57,701 nt of DNA, taken from NCBI GenBank assembly GCA_036389935.1, contig DASWCU010000056.1:1-57701 (forward strand). The letters are read 5' to 3'. Position numbers and translations under genes: made by a program. This document shows positions 26,712 to 37,501 of this stretch, piece by piece. Below the pieces are notes generated by a model. That model had not been told where the DNA came from, searched no databases, and worked only from the letters and a program-made list of their open reading frames with translations. Each line of letters opens with the position of its first letter. Position 1 is the first letter of the stretch. The stretch is from Candidatus Limnocylindria bacterium (GTDB lineage: Bacteria > Chloroflexota > Limnocylindria > P2-11E).

Positions 26712-27434
26712 TTGCCGGCCGCACCCGCCCAGCGAGCGCTCGATGTCGCCGCGTACTACGCGGCCATCGCGCCGTTCTACGACGCTGAGATGGCGTTGCG
26801 CGACGACGTCGAACGGTGGCGCGCGCTCGTGCGGCGCAGCGGCGCGCGGACGGTGCTCGATCTCGGCGCCGGCGCCGGTCGCATCGCTCTCGGGATCGCC
26901 GACATGACGCGCGCCATCGGGGTGGACCTGCTCACCACGCTCCTCCAGCGTCCGCCCGCGTTCCGCTTCGTGCAGGCGGACCTCCGGGCGCTACCGTTCG
27001 GCGACGGTGTGTTCGAGCTGGCGCTCGCGGCGAACGATCCGTTCGCCCATCTGCTCGAGGACCGCGAACGCGCGACCGCGCTCGACGAGGCGGTGCGCGT
27101 CGCACGGCGTGTCGTCGTCGAAGGACTCCATCTCACCGCCGCGGACGCGTCGACCGCCCGCGATCCGGGCGGGCTCGCGCGCGAGGCGACCCTGCCCGAT
27201 GGCACGGTGCGTCGCGAAGCCTGGCACGCGATCGGCGGCGACCGCTATCGCGTCACCTACCGGTACCTGCGGGCGGGCCGCACGCTCGCTGAAGCCACCA
27301 CGGACGTGCGCGCCTGGACCGCTCGTGAGCCGGCCCTGCGCCGCAACGGCGCGGAGCTCCGGGGCGGGCTCGACGGCCGGCCATACGCCGCCGGCGCCGC
27401 GGACTTCATCATCTGGATCGGAGGAACGCCATGA
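26712..27434 (+). CDS. Class I SAM-dependent methyltransferase
   Basis: TTG start. VLDLGAGAGRIA motif I, plus FDGVFELALA-type motifs. Confidence 0.75.
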   Translation: MPAAPAQRALDVAAYYAAIAPFYDAEMALRDDVERWRALVRRSGARTVLDLGAGAGRIALGIADMTRAIGVDLLTTLLQRPPAFRFVQADLRALPFGDGVFELALAANDPFAHLLEDRERATALDEAVRVARRVVVEGLHLTAADASTARDPGGLAREATLPDGTVRREAWHAIGGDRYRVTYRYLRAGRTLAEATTDVRAWTAREPALRRNGAELRGGLDGRPYAAGAADFIIWIGGTP

Positions 27435-27946
27435 AGCTCAAGCACCCCGTCGTCTACGGCCATCCTCTGCACGCGATGGCGTCGGATCTGCCGGTGGCGC
27501 TCATTCCGACGGCGCTGCTCGCGGCGGCCGCGGACCGGGCGCGGCCGAGCTCGAGCACGCGGCTCGCATCGGACGCGGCCTCCGTCCTCGCGCTCGGCGC
27601 GGCAACGGCGGCCGCCTCCCTCGGGTGGTGGGACTGGCTGACGATCCCGAGCGGCCATCCGGTGCGACGGCCGGCGACGATCCATGGCCTCATCAACACG
27701 TCCGGCCTCGCGCTCGGGGCGCTCGCGCTGGCCGACCGCCGGCGCCGCTTCGGGCTCCTGCTGGCGATCAACGCCTCGCTCCTCGTGGCGGCCTGGATCG
27801 GCGGCGACCTCGTTTACGCGTTGGGCTGGCGCGTGCGGCCCGCGGAGGAGCTCGAGCAGCTCGATGAGGGCCGAACGCGGGAGGAGGCCCGGCGGATCGT
27901 CGACGAGCACGAGCGGAAGGACCTGCTCCTGACGACGACGCGCTGA
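27431..27946 (+). CDS. DUF2231-like integral membrane protein
   Basis: ATGA overlap with the methyltransferase. N-terminal HPLHAMASDLPVAL, HGLIN and 4 TM segments. Confidence 0.5.
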   Translation: MKLKHPVVYGHPLHAMASDLPVALIPTALLAAAADRARPSSSTRLASDAASVLALGAATAAASLGWWDWLTIPSGHPVRRPATIHGLINTSGLALGALALADRRRRFGLLLAINASLLVAAWIGGDLVYALGWRVRPAEELEQLDEGRTREEARRIVDEHERKDLLLTTTR

Positions 27947-27949
27947 CGC

Positions 27950-28984
27950 TCAGCCGGCGATCGTGACGTAGAGCCGCTCGTGCGCGTCGAGCATGCGCTC
28001 GAGGCCGAAGCGCCGCGCGTCGGCGCGGCAGTCGTCCCGGCGCAGCGAGCGCGCCTCGTGCACGGCGGCGGCGAGCGCCGGCTCGTCGTCCGGCGGAACG
28101 AGCCGGCCGCTGTGCCGGTCGACCACGACCTCCGGGAGTCCGCCTCGCGCGTACGCGATCACCGGCGTGCCGGCCGCGAGTGACTCGAGCGCGACGAGGC
28201 CGAACGGCTCATCCCAGCGGACCGGCATGAGCGTCGCGAACGACTCAGCCATCAGCCGTGCGACCGCGCGGCGATCGAGCTCGCCCAGGTACGCGACGTC
28301 CGGGCCGAGGAGCGGCTGGACCGCGCGAGCGAAGTAGCCGGCGTCGTAGATCGGGCCGGCGAGCCGGAGCGGGATGGCCACGGCCCGCGCGACGCGGCAG
28401 GCGGCGTCCGCGCCTTTCTCGGGCGACATCCGGCCGACGAACGCGAGGCCCCCGCCGCGGCCGTCACCCGCGGGGACCGAGTCGACGGCGATGCCGTTCG
28501 GGAGCACGTGGTCCACCTCCACGCCCGCGGCGGCCCACGCCGCTCGGCAGCTCGCCGAGACGGTGGCGAGCCGCGCGTCGGCCCGTCCCGCGGCGTCCAC
28601 GACTTCCGCGTCCATCGGCGGCAGATGCAGCGTGTGCAGGGCCCGCGGCCCGCGCACCGCCGCGAAGGCCGGCGCGTCGAAGGCGTGGGCGTGGACGACC
28701 GCGAAGTCGCGATCGCTCAGCCACGCGCCCACGGCCGCGAACGCCCGCCACTGCGAGTCGCCACCGCGCGCGACGCCCACGGCCTCGCTCGGGTCGGCGT
28801 CGATCCCAAGATCCTCCACCCTCGCACCGGTCACGTGCGAGCCGCGCGGGGCGAGCACGGTGACCTCGTGCCCCCGCGCCGCGAGGCCGGTGGCGAGATC
28901 CGCGAGCACCGCCTGCGCGCCACCGATCTGCGGCCGCCGGTCGTCGATCGGCGCTACGAACGGCGCGACGAGCGCCAGCCGCAC
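27950..28984 (-). CDS. GT-B glycosyltransferase (GT4 / glycosyl transferases group 1)
   Basis: GGAQAVLADLATGLAARGHEVTVLAP N-terminal domain. EPFGLVALESLAAGTPVIAYARGGLPEVV (E-x7-E region). Confidence 0.8.
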   Translation of the reverse strand: MRLALVAPFVAPIDDRRPQIGGAQAVLADLATGLAARGHEVTVLAPRGSHVTGARVEDLGIDADPSEAVGVARGGDSQWRAFAAVGAWLSDRDFAVVHAHAFDAPAFAAVRGPRALHTLHLPPMDAEVVDAAGRADARLATVSASCRAAWAAAGVEVDHVLPNGIAVDSVPAGDGRGGGLAFVGRMSPEKGADAACRVARAVAIPLRLAGPIYDAGYFARAVQPLLGPDVAYLGELDRRAVARLMAESFATLMPVRWDEPFGLVALESLAAGTPVIAYARGGLPEVVVDRHSGRLVPPDDEPALAAAVHEARSLRRDDCRADARRFGLERMLDAHERLYVTIAG

Positions 28985-29021
28985 CCCGCTACTGCGGAGC
29001 CGCCAGGCGAAGAAGCAGGAG

Positions 29022-29052
29022 GGTCACGCAGCCGCGAAGCGGTGGTGTGACC
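29022..29052 (-). terminator. Compound hairpin immediately after the folE stop
   Basis: GGTCAC...GTGACC outer stem with a CCGC-TTC-GCGG inner stem (minus-strand sense). No U-tract. May partly uncouple GT4 from folE. Confidence 0.3.
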
Positions 29053-29054
29053 AC

Positions 29055-29750
29055 CTATGCGAGCGACGTGCGCGAGGGCAGGAGGCTCAGGAACTCGTGG
29101 CGGACGCGCTCCTCCTCGAACGCGCCCGAGATCGCGCTCGTCGTCGTGAGGACCCCGGGCTTCGCGACCCCGCGCATCTCCATGCAGAAGTGGCGCGCCT
29201 GGAGGACCACCATCGCGCCCTGTGGCTCGAGGCGATCGTTGAGGCAGGCCACGATCTGCTCGGTCATGCGCTCCTGGATCTGCGGCCGGCGCGCATAGAA
29301 GTCCACGAGCCGTGCGAGCTTCGACAGGCCGAGGATGCGCTCGCCGGGGATGTACGCGACATGGGCCGAGCCGAAGAACGGGAGTAGGTGATGCGCGCAC
29401 AGCGAGAAGAACGGCACGTCGAGGACCGACACCATCTGCGAGTAGCCCTCGCTGTTCGGGAACGTCTGCCAGGTCGGCTCGTTCCCCTCGCGCAGGCCCG
29501 AGAAGAGCTCCTCGTACGCGCGGGCCATTCGGATCGGCGTGTCGTGGATGTTCGGATCCGTCAGATCGATCTCGAGCGCCTCGAGGACCGCGCGCATCGC
29601 GGTCGCGACGCGGTCGATGCGGCTGCCCGGCTCGGCCGGGGCGCGCTCCTCCTCCTCGAGGTCGTGGTCGCGCACGGGCGCACCGCGGGACGCTTCAAAG
29701 CCATGCAGTGGAACGCCATGTCTGCTCGTCATCAGATCCGCACCTCGCAT
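29055..29750 (-). CDS. folE: GTP cyclohydrolase I
   Basis: DTPIRMARAYEELF, FFSLCAHHLLPFFGSAHVAYIP, RPQIQERMTEQI and HFCMEMRGV motifs. An internal ATG start is possible. Confidence 0.9.
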   Translation of the reverse strand: MRGADLMTSRHGVPLHGFEASRGAPVRDHDLEEEERAPAEPGSRIDRVATAMRAVLEALEIDLTDPNIHDTPIRMARAYEELFSGLREGNEPTWQTFPNSEGYSQMVSVLDVPFFSLCAHHLLPFFGSAHVAYIPGERILGLSKLARLVDFYARRPQIQERMTEQIVACLNDRLEPQGAMVVLQARHFCMEMRGVAKPGVLTTTSAISGAFEEERVRHEFLSLLPSRTSLA

Positions 29751-29775
29751 CTTTCGCGCTCCGGCGTCGCTTCGT

Positions 29776-30486
29776 TCACAGGATGCCCTCCGGCGGCATG
29801 AGCACGATCTCGTCCAGGCTCGCTCCCTCGGGCTGCATGGCCACCCGCACGATCGTGCCCGCGACGTCCTCGGGCCGCAGCATCCGGTCGCGCGGGAGCT
29901 CCGTGCCGCCGGCCGCGTCCCAGAACGGCGAATCGACCGATCCGACGACGAGGTCGGTGACCCGGACCCCGGCCCGGCGGTTCTCCGCCGCGACGACCTG
30001 CGCGAGGAGCCGCACGCCGGCCTTCGCCGCGCAGTAGGCGGCGGAGCCGGGGAACGCGTGGACCGCGGCCACCGAGGCGAGCGTCACCAGCTGACCGCGC
30101 GAGTGCCGGAGATGGGGCAGGGTCGCGCGCACCACGAGGAACGTGCCGCGCAGGTCCACGTCGAGGACCAGATCCCAATCCTCCACGGAGAACGTCGCGG
30201 TATCCCCGAACCGTCCGAGCCCCGCGGCGGTCACGACGAGGTCGAGGCCGCCGAGCTCCGCCGCCGCACGGGCGACCGCCGCTTCGACCATCGCCGCATC
30301 GCGAACGTCGCATGGCGCGATCATCGATCCGGGAAGGTCGCGGCTCAGCCGTTCGAGCGCGTCGCGATCGCGCGCAAGGAGCGCGACACGTGCGCCGGCC
30401 GAGGCCAACGCGCGCGCGGTCGCCGCGCCGATGCCGCTCGAGGCGCCCGTGACCAGCGCGCGCCGGCCGGCAAGGCCGCTGCTCAC
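29776..30486 (-). CDS. Short-chain dehydrogenase/reductase (candidate sepiapterin/pterin reductase by context)
   Basis: GTG 30486 in a GTGA overlap with the PTPS stop. TGASSGIG cofactor motif and the YCAAK catalytic dyad. The upstream 103 codons of the track ORF are shadow. Confidence 0.8.
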   Translation of the reverse strand: MSSGLAGRRALVTGASSGIGAATARALASAGARVALLARDRDALERLSRDLPGSMIAPCDVRDAAMVEAAVARAAAELGGLDLVVTAAGLGRFGDTATFSVEDWDLVLDVDLRGTFLVVRATLPHLRHSRGQLVTLASVAAVHAFPGSAAYCAAKAGVRLLAQVVAAENRRAGVRVTDLVVGSVDSPFWDAAGGTELPRDRMLRPEDVAGTIVRVAMQPEGASLDEIVLMPPEGIL

Positions 30487-31322
30487 CCCGCCGGCCCCTC
30501 GTAGGTGAAGGCCGAGCGCGGCGTCTCGTACACGACGATCCTCGCCAGGCCGGGCACGGGCCGAGCGAGGAGGGCCCAGATCCGCTCGGCGATCCGTTCG
30601 GCGGTCGGGACCACGCTCGTGAACGGCTCGACCTCGACGTTGAGATAACGATGGTCGAACCGAGCGATCACCTCGCGCTCGACAGTGGTGTCGAGGGTGG
30701 CCAGGTCGATGACGATGCCCGTCGCGGGATCGGGCCGGCCACGCACGCTCACCTCGAACCGGTAGTCGTGTCCATGCGGCTCGGGATTCGCGCACTTGCC
30801 GTACAGCGCCCGGTTCTCCTCGTCCGATCGCCGCGGATCGACGAGCCGGTGCGCCGCGGAGAACGAATACGCGCGGGTCAGCTCCACGTCGGGACCTCCG
30901 TTCGCGTCGGCCCAGAGGGCCTCGGTCTCAGCGAGCCGGGCGGCGGCCAGGCGCGCCCGGGGGATCGCGCGGCCCACCTCCGGTGCGAGCGACTCGAAGA
31001 GCGCCACGACGATGGCCTCGCACGACGGCTCGCGGTCGCCGAGGGCCGCGTACTCCAGATCGAGCCGGCGATGGTCGAGCGGCGCGGTCGCCTCCCGCAG
31101 CAGCGCGTCCAGCGCTCGGAAATCCACGAGGAAGTCCGTCGCCGGGTCGATCGATCCGGCGATCGTCGCGCTCAGGACGTAGTTGTGCCCGTGCACGCGG
31201 CGCGCGGCGCCGAACGATGGAGCGCGATACGCGTGCGCCGCCTCGAACGGCTTGGCCCGCGTCACGCGCACCTCGCCCGGTCGCGCATCAACGCGCGGGC
31301 CGAAGAAGGGCTGGATCGTCAC
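30483..31322 (-). CDS. Tandem-domain 6-pyruvoyl-tetrahydropterin synthase family protein (PTPS/QueD fold x2)
   Basis: Half 1: FEAAHAY...RRVHGHNY (no Cys upstream of HGH). Half 2: FSAAHRL...YGKCANPEPHGHDY (C-x5-HGH). Confidence 0.8.
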   Translation of the reverse strand: MTIQPFFGPRVDARPGEVRVTRAKPFEAAHAYRAPSFGAARRVHGHNYVLSATIAGSIDPATDFLVDFRALDALLREATAPLDHRRLDLEYAALGDREPSCEAIVVALFESLAPEVGRAIPRARLAAARLAETEALWADANGGPDVELTRAYSFSAAHRLVDPRRSDEENRALYGKCANPEPHGHDYRFEVSVRGRPDPATGIVIDLATLDTTVEREVIARFDHRYLNVEVEPFTSVVPTAERIAERIWALLARPVPGLARIVVYETPRSAFTYEGPAG

Positions 31323-31344
31323 GTGCCGGATGAGCGCTCGGCGG

Positions 31345-31665
31345 TCACGGCTCGCGGAGCGCGGAGAGCACGCGCTCCTGCCGCTCGAGCACGTGGGACT
31401 GGATCTCCCGCAGCCAATGGGCGAGGTCGGCGCTCAGCTCGATGGCCTCGGCACGGATCGCGTTGCGCTCCTCGGCGGACGCGCCGGTCCACCGTCCGAG
31501 CAGGTCGTCGGTCTTGGCCTCGTAGTCGGTGACCTTGACGCCGAACACCTTGAGCAGCTTGCGTGTCGGGTCCATCGGCCCGCGAGCGTCGCGCGGCTCC
31601 TCCATGTTGCTTCTCCCCTGTTCAGTCTCGTCGCCTCGGAGCCGCTCCTCGTTCTGCGCTTTCAT
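31345..31665 (-). CDS. Hypothetical small helical protein heading the pterin gene string
   Basis: Track ORF with no recognisable family. Start uncertain (internal ATGs at codons 21 and 31). Confidence 0.4.
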   Translation of the reverse strand: MKAQNEERLRGDETEQGRSNMEEPRDARGPMDPTRKLLKVFGVKVTDYEAKTDDLLGRWTGASAEERNAIRAEAIELSADLAHWLREIQSHVLERQERVLSALREP

Positions 31666-31737
31666 TTCCCCTACGAACGGCTCTGTAGCCCGGATGACGC
31701 TTGCGCCGACCGACGCTGGAGCCGATGCTGCAGCGTC

Positions 31738-32751
31738 ATGGACACGATGACGAGCGTCTACGAGGACCTCACCGCAACACTACCCAGCGGTTACGCCGCC
31801 CGCGAGTTCGCCGACCGCGACCGCGAGGCGCTCGTGGCCGAGCGGAACGCCCAGGTGCACGAGCTCCAGCGCGGCGACGCGGACGAGTGGCGCGACTGGG
31901 AGCGCATCCAGCCGCCCAAGGACGAGCTGCGTATCGTCGTCGTCGCGCCCGATGGCGCGCCGGTCGCGACCGGCGAGGTCGGCCCGGGCCGGTTCGTCGA
32001 CCGGCCGGACGGCACGCTGCACGGGAGCGTGGGCGTCGCGCGTGCGCACCGCGGCAAGGGCATCGGTTCGACGCTGCTGGGCACGATCGAGGGGGAGGCC
32101 CGCCGGCGCGGCGCGCCCCGGATCCTCTCGAACACGAGCGTCGCGTTCCCCGGCGCGCTCGAGTGGGCCGAGCGCCGCGGCTACCGCGAGATCGGCCGGC
32201 GGATCGAGTCGTACGTCGACGTCACGACCTTCGATCCGACGCCGTTCGCGGAGACGATCCGCGCGGTCACCGATTCGGGGATCCGCTTGACGAGCATGGC
32301 CGAGCTGGTCGCCGGACGCGACGAGGCCGGCCGCGACGCGTTCTGGCGCGAGCTCTACGAGGCCGAGGCGCCGATGTGGGACGACGTCCCCTGGGCGACC
32401 CCGACGCCGCACTGGGACTACGAGCGCTTCCGCCGCATGGCGGTGGACAGCGGCAAGCTCATTCTCGAGGCGTCGGTCGTCGCGCTGGACGGCACCCGGA
32501 TCGCCGGCTTCACCACCCAGGGTCGTCAGAAGGACCGCGGCTACACGTGGATGACGGGCACCGCCCGCGAGTACCGCGGCCGCGGGATCGCCCTCGCGAT
32601 GAAGGTGGACATGCTGCGCCGCGCCCGCGAGGCCGGCCTGCGCGCGATGCTGACGACGAACGACGAGCCGAACAAGGCGATGCGCGGGATCAACGCGAAG
32701 CTCGGGTACGTGATGCTTCCCGCGCACGTGGAGCTCGAGAGAGCGCTCTAG
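31738..32751 (+). CDS. Tandem-GNAT N-acetyltransferase (MshD-like two-domain architecture)
   Basis: Internal ATG 31738 of track ORF 31183..32751. Two acetyl-CoA motifs: HRGKGIGSTLL and YRGRGIALAMK. Confidence 0.75.
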   Translation: MDTMTSVYEDLTATLPSGYAAREFADRDREALVAERNAQVHELQRGDADEWRDWERIQPPKDELRIVVVAPDGAPVATGEVGPGRFVDRPDGTLHGSVGVARAHRGKGIGSTLLGTIEGEARRRGAPRILSNTSVAFPGALEWAERRGYREIGRRIESYVDVTTFDPTPFAETIRAVTDSGIRLTSMAELVAGRDEAGRDAFWRELYEAEAPMWDDVPWATPTPHWDYERFRRMAVDSGKLILEASVVALDGTRIAGFTTQGRQKDRGYTWMTGTAREYRGRGIALAMKVDMLRRAREAGLRAMLTTNDEPNKAMRGINAKLGYVMLPAHVELERAL

Positions 32752-32806
32752 ACGAAAGGAGGAGGCTCATCGCCTCCTCCTCCGCGCGGGATCGGATCGT
32801 ACCGCG

Positions 32807-34312
32807 TCAGTCCGCGGGGGTCGCCTCCGTGACCAGGCCCGGCTCCTCTTCACCGCCCACCTCGGTCCAGATCTTCACGTCCTTCGGCTCGCGCAGGAAG
32901 AGCGTGCCGACGACGACGGTCATGAGGGCGACGGTGATCGTGTAGCTCAGCCCGAGGTACACGTTGCCGTTGGGGTCGTTCGTCGTGTTCAGGCCCCGCA
33001 GGTCGAACAGCCCCAGGAACGGCACGTAACCGGAGCCGGTGAGCGTGGCGCCGACGAGCGCGGTGAAGGTCAGCGGGAGCAGCCCCCCGAACCATCCGTT
33101 CCCGAAGTGGTACGGGATCGACAGCGAGGTGTACCGGACCTTCGCCCGGAAGTACTCGACGAGGAACGCCGCGATCGGTCCGTACACCATCGTGACGTAG
33201 ATGACCTGGATCCAGACCAGGCCGGTGAGCACGAGCGAGTCGGGGTCGGCCTTGGTGATCAGACCGTTCGCCCCGTACGTGACGTGCGCGGCGTCGTACA
33301 TCGCGTGGTAGATCGGGACGTACGTGACCGCCGCGATGAGACACCCGGCGAGGATGATCACCTTGCGTCCGATCTTGTCCGACAGCCAGCCGAAGAACAG
33401 GAAGAACGGCGTCCCGAGGCCGACGGCCCAGAGCATGATCGGATACGACTGGAGGAACGACAGCTTCAGGTACGTCGTCATGAAGAAGTTCGCCTGGAAC
33501 TGGCCCTGGTACCAGACGACGCCCTGCCCGGCGGTGAGGCCGAGGAGCACCAGCAGGATGACGCCGATCTTGCGGCCGCTGAAGCTCTCGCGGGCCCAGG
33601 TGCCGGTGTTCGTCACGGTCTCCTTGCGTGCCTTGAGCCGCGCGAAGAGCGGCGTCTCCTGGAGACGCATGCGGATGTAGATCGCGAGCGCGAGCAGGAT
33701 CGCCGAGATGAGGAACGGGAAGCGCCAGCCGGTGCTCGCGAAGTCGGCGGCGGTCATGTTCACGCGGAAGGCGAGGATGATCGCGAGGGCGAGGAAGAAG
33801 CCGATCGTCGCGGTCGTCTGGATCCACGACGTGTAGAAGCCGCGCCGGTGGTCGGGCGCGTGCTCCGCGACGTAGATCGCGGCGCCGCCATACTCGCCGC
33901 CGAGCGCGAGGCCCTGCGCGAGCCGCAGGAGCACGAGGATGGTCGGCGCGAGGACGCCGATCTGCGCGTACGTCGGCAGGAGGCCGACGACGACGGTCGC
34001 GAGCCCCATGATCGAGATCGTGAGCAGGAACGCGTACTTGCGGCCGATGACGTCGCCGATCCGTCCGAAGACGACGGCCCCGAACGGCCGGACGAGGAAC
34101 CCGGCCGCGTACGCCGCGAACCCGGAGAGCAGCTGGGCCGTCGGGTTGTCGTTCGGGAAGAACAGCGGCGCGAGGAACGGCGTGAGCGTCGCGTAGAGAT
34201 AGAAGTCGTACCACTCGATGATCGTGCCCGCCGACGAAGCCCCGATGACGAACGGCAGGCCGTACGAGGTCCTCCAGCTCCCTGACCGGGGAGCCGTCAT
34301 CGCTGTTGCCAA
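32807..34312 (-). CDS. MFS metabolite:H+ symporter (MHS family, ProP/KgtP-like)
   Basis: GTIIEWYDFYLY and FGRIGDVIGRKY motifs. TTG 34312 lies 5 nt after AAGGAGG; ATG 34300 is an alternative. Confidence 0.85.
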   Translation of the reverse strand: MATAMTAPRSGSWRTSYGLPFVIGASSAGTIIEWYDFYLYATLTPFLAPLFFPNDNPTAQLLSGFAAYAAGFLVRPFGAVVFGRIGDVIGRKYAFLLTISIMGLATVVVGLLPTYAQIGVLAPTILVLLRLAQGLALGGEYGGAAIYVAEHAPDHRRGFYTSWIQTTATIGFFLALAIILAFRVNMTAADFASTGWRFPFLISAILLALAIYIRMRLQETPLFARLKARKETVTNTGTWARESFSGRKIGVILLVLLGLTAGQGVVWYQGQFQANFFMTTYLKLSFLQSYPIMLWAVGLGTPFFLFFGWLSDKIGRKVIILAGCLIAAVTYVPIYHAMYDAAHVTYGANGLITKADPDSLVLTGLVWIQVIYVTMVYGPIAAFLVEYFRAKVRYTSLSIPYHFGNGWFGGLLPLTFTALVGATLTGSGYVPFLGLFDLRGLNTTNDPNGNVYLGLSYTITVALMTVVVGTLFLREPKDVKIWTEVGGEEEPGLVTEATPAD

Positions 34313-34533
34313 CGTGCCCTCCTTGCACTCATGCGCGCACCCTGCGGTCCACGCGAACTGCGGTCACCAACACGAAGCGCGATCACCAGCCTCGGACGAG
34401 CGAGCCAGCTGCCTCTCTCCACCACCTCCAAGCGCCCGGCCATGCGAGCCCAAGCCCGGCATTCTTCGCGCCGGGAGCGGCTGCGTCAAATCGACGGCCT
34501 GAGGGCTCGCCTTCGCGCCAGGCGAAATCGGCG

Positions 34534-36492
<1,959 letters not shown>

Positions 36493-36545
36493 CGTCATCC
36501 TCCTTGGAGGCTCGGAACGATAGCGTTCCCTCGCGCTGGAACGCG

Positions 36546-37043
36546 CTAGAGGGCGCTCCCGCGGCCCTCGCGGAGCGCGGTCAGGTGCGCGGTGTAGTGG
36601 TTCGGCAGGGTGAGGAGCCAGCCGAAGCAATTCAGCCGGCCGTAGAACGGATGGACGGCCGTCGCGCCGTCGTCGGGGTCCGCCGGAAACTCGGCCAGGA
36701 GCCGCTCCTGGGCCGCCGCCGCCTTCGCGCCGAGCGCGAGGATGCCCTCCCGGCTCACCTCCGCCGCGGCCGGCCGCGGCTGCCCGGTCGGACCGCCGGC
36801 TTCTCCCCGGGCGAGCCGGAGCGCGAGGGCAGCCACCCCACGCTCGACCACGAGGAGGTGCACGGCGATCTGCCCGAGCCCCCAGTCGCTGTCCGTCCCC
36901 GAGCCCAGGTCGGCGTCGCTGGCCGACTCCACCCGGGCCAGGAGGGCGGCGCGTTCGGCGCCCGTCCGATCGGCGACGAGCCGGATGGTCTCCCGGATCC
37001 ACTCCGGTCGGTCGGCAGGCTGGTCGATGACGGTCAGGGGCAT
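36546..37043 (-). CDS. DinB-fold (YfiT-like) protein
   Basis: Internal ATG 37043. [14 protein letters not shown]... and [10 protein letters not shown] histidine pattern of the DinB superfamily. Confidence 0.6.
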   Translation of the reverse strand: MPLTVIDQPADRPEWIRETIRLVADRTGAERAALLARVESASDADLGSGTDSDWGLGQIAVHLLVVERGVAALALRLARGEAGGPTGQPRPAAAEVSREGILALGAKAAAAQERLLAEFPADPDDGATAVHPFYGRLNCFGWLLTLPNHYTAHLTALREGRGSAL

Positions 37044-37132
37044 CCGCCCGACATAGTGCCGCCCCGATGTGCACAATGCAGCGGAAATCGGCCCGAACGG
37101 GCTATGCATGGAGGAGCGGCAGGGTGGCCTCG

Positions 37133-37417
37133 ATGACGAAGTCGCAGACGATGACGACGCTGGCGGAGCGCACCGGCCTTTCGAAGAAGCAGGTGAACGA
37201 GGTCATGGACGAGCTTGCGGGCATCGCGTACCGCGAGGCGAAGAACGGCTTCACGGTCCCGGGCCTCGGCAAGCTCGTCATCGTGGACCGCAAGGCCCGG
37301 ATCGGGCGCAACCCCGCCACAGGTGCGGAGATCAAGATCCCCGCGAAGCGCGTCCTCAAGTTCCGCATCGCCAAGGCGGCGAAGGACGCGACGATGGCGA
37401 AGCCGAAGGGGAAGTAG
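37133..37417 (+). CDS. hup: HU/IHF-family nucleoid-associated DNA-binding protein
   Basis: MTKSQTMTTLAERTGLSKKQVNEVMDEL...GFTVPGLGKLVIVDRKARIGRNPATGAEIKIPAKRVLKFR aligns to HU over its full length, with a short Lys/Ala tail. Confidence 0.85.
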   Translation: MTKSQTMTTLAERTGLSKKQVNEVMDELAGIAYREAKNGFTVPGLGKLVIVDRKARIGRNPATGAEIKIPAKRVLKFRIAKAAKDATMAKPKGK

Positions 37418-37432
37418 CGCAAGGCGCGAGCC

Positions 37433-37484
37433 GGGTCCTTCAGCGCGCGAGCCGCTTTGGGTCGGACCGCACGATGAAGGACCC
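37433..37484. terminator. 10-bp inverted repeat between convergent genes (possible bidirectional terminator)
   Basis: GGGTCCTTCA (37433..37442) pairs with TGAAGGACCC (37475..37484); the loop is 32 nt. Confidence 0.3.
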
Positions 37485-37501
37485 CGCTCTCGTCGACCGC
37501 G

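Noticed and set aside
29055-31322. Interpreting folE + PTPS-fold gene as queuosine (QueD) or folate-bypass biosynthesis
   Set aside because: No queC/queE/queF or folB/folK/folP genes are in the window. The Cys motif has the C-x5-HGH spacing, and an SDR is translationally coupled. A biopterin-type pathway is therefore favoured, though not proven.
36493-37074. 194-codon N-terminal extension of acetyl-CoA synthetase in track ORF 34534..37074; similar 5' extensions of ORFs 385..2172, 12701..14770, 29776..30795, 49830..51827 and 52567..54363
   Set aside because: The extensions are Arg/Gly/Pro-rich and overlap upstream genes. Internal starts have RBS motifs or stop-start coupling and give family-typical lengths.
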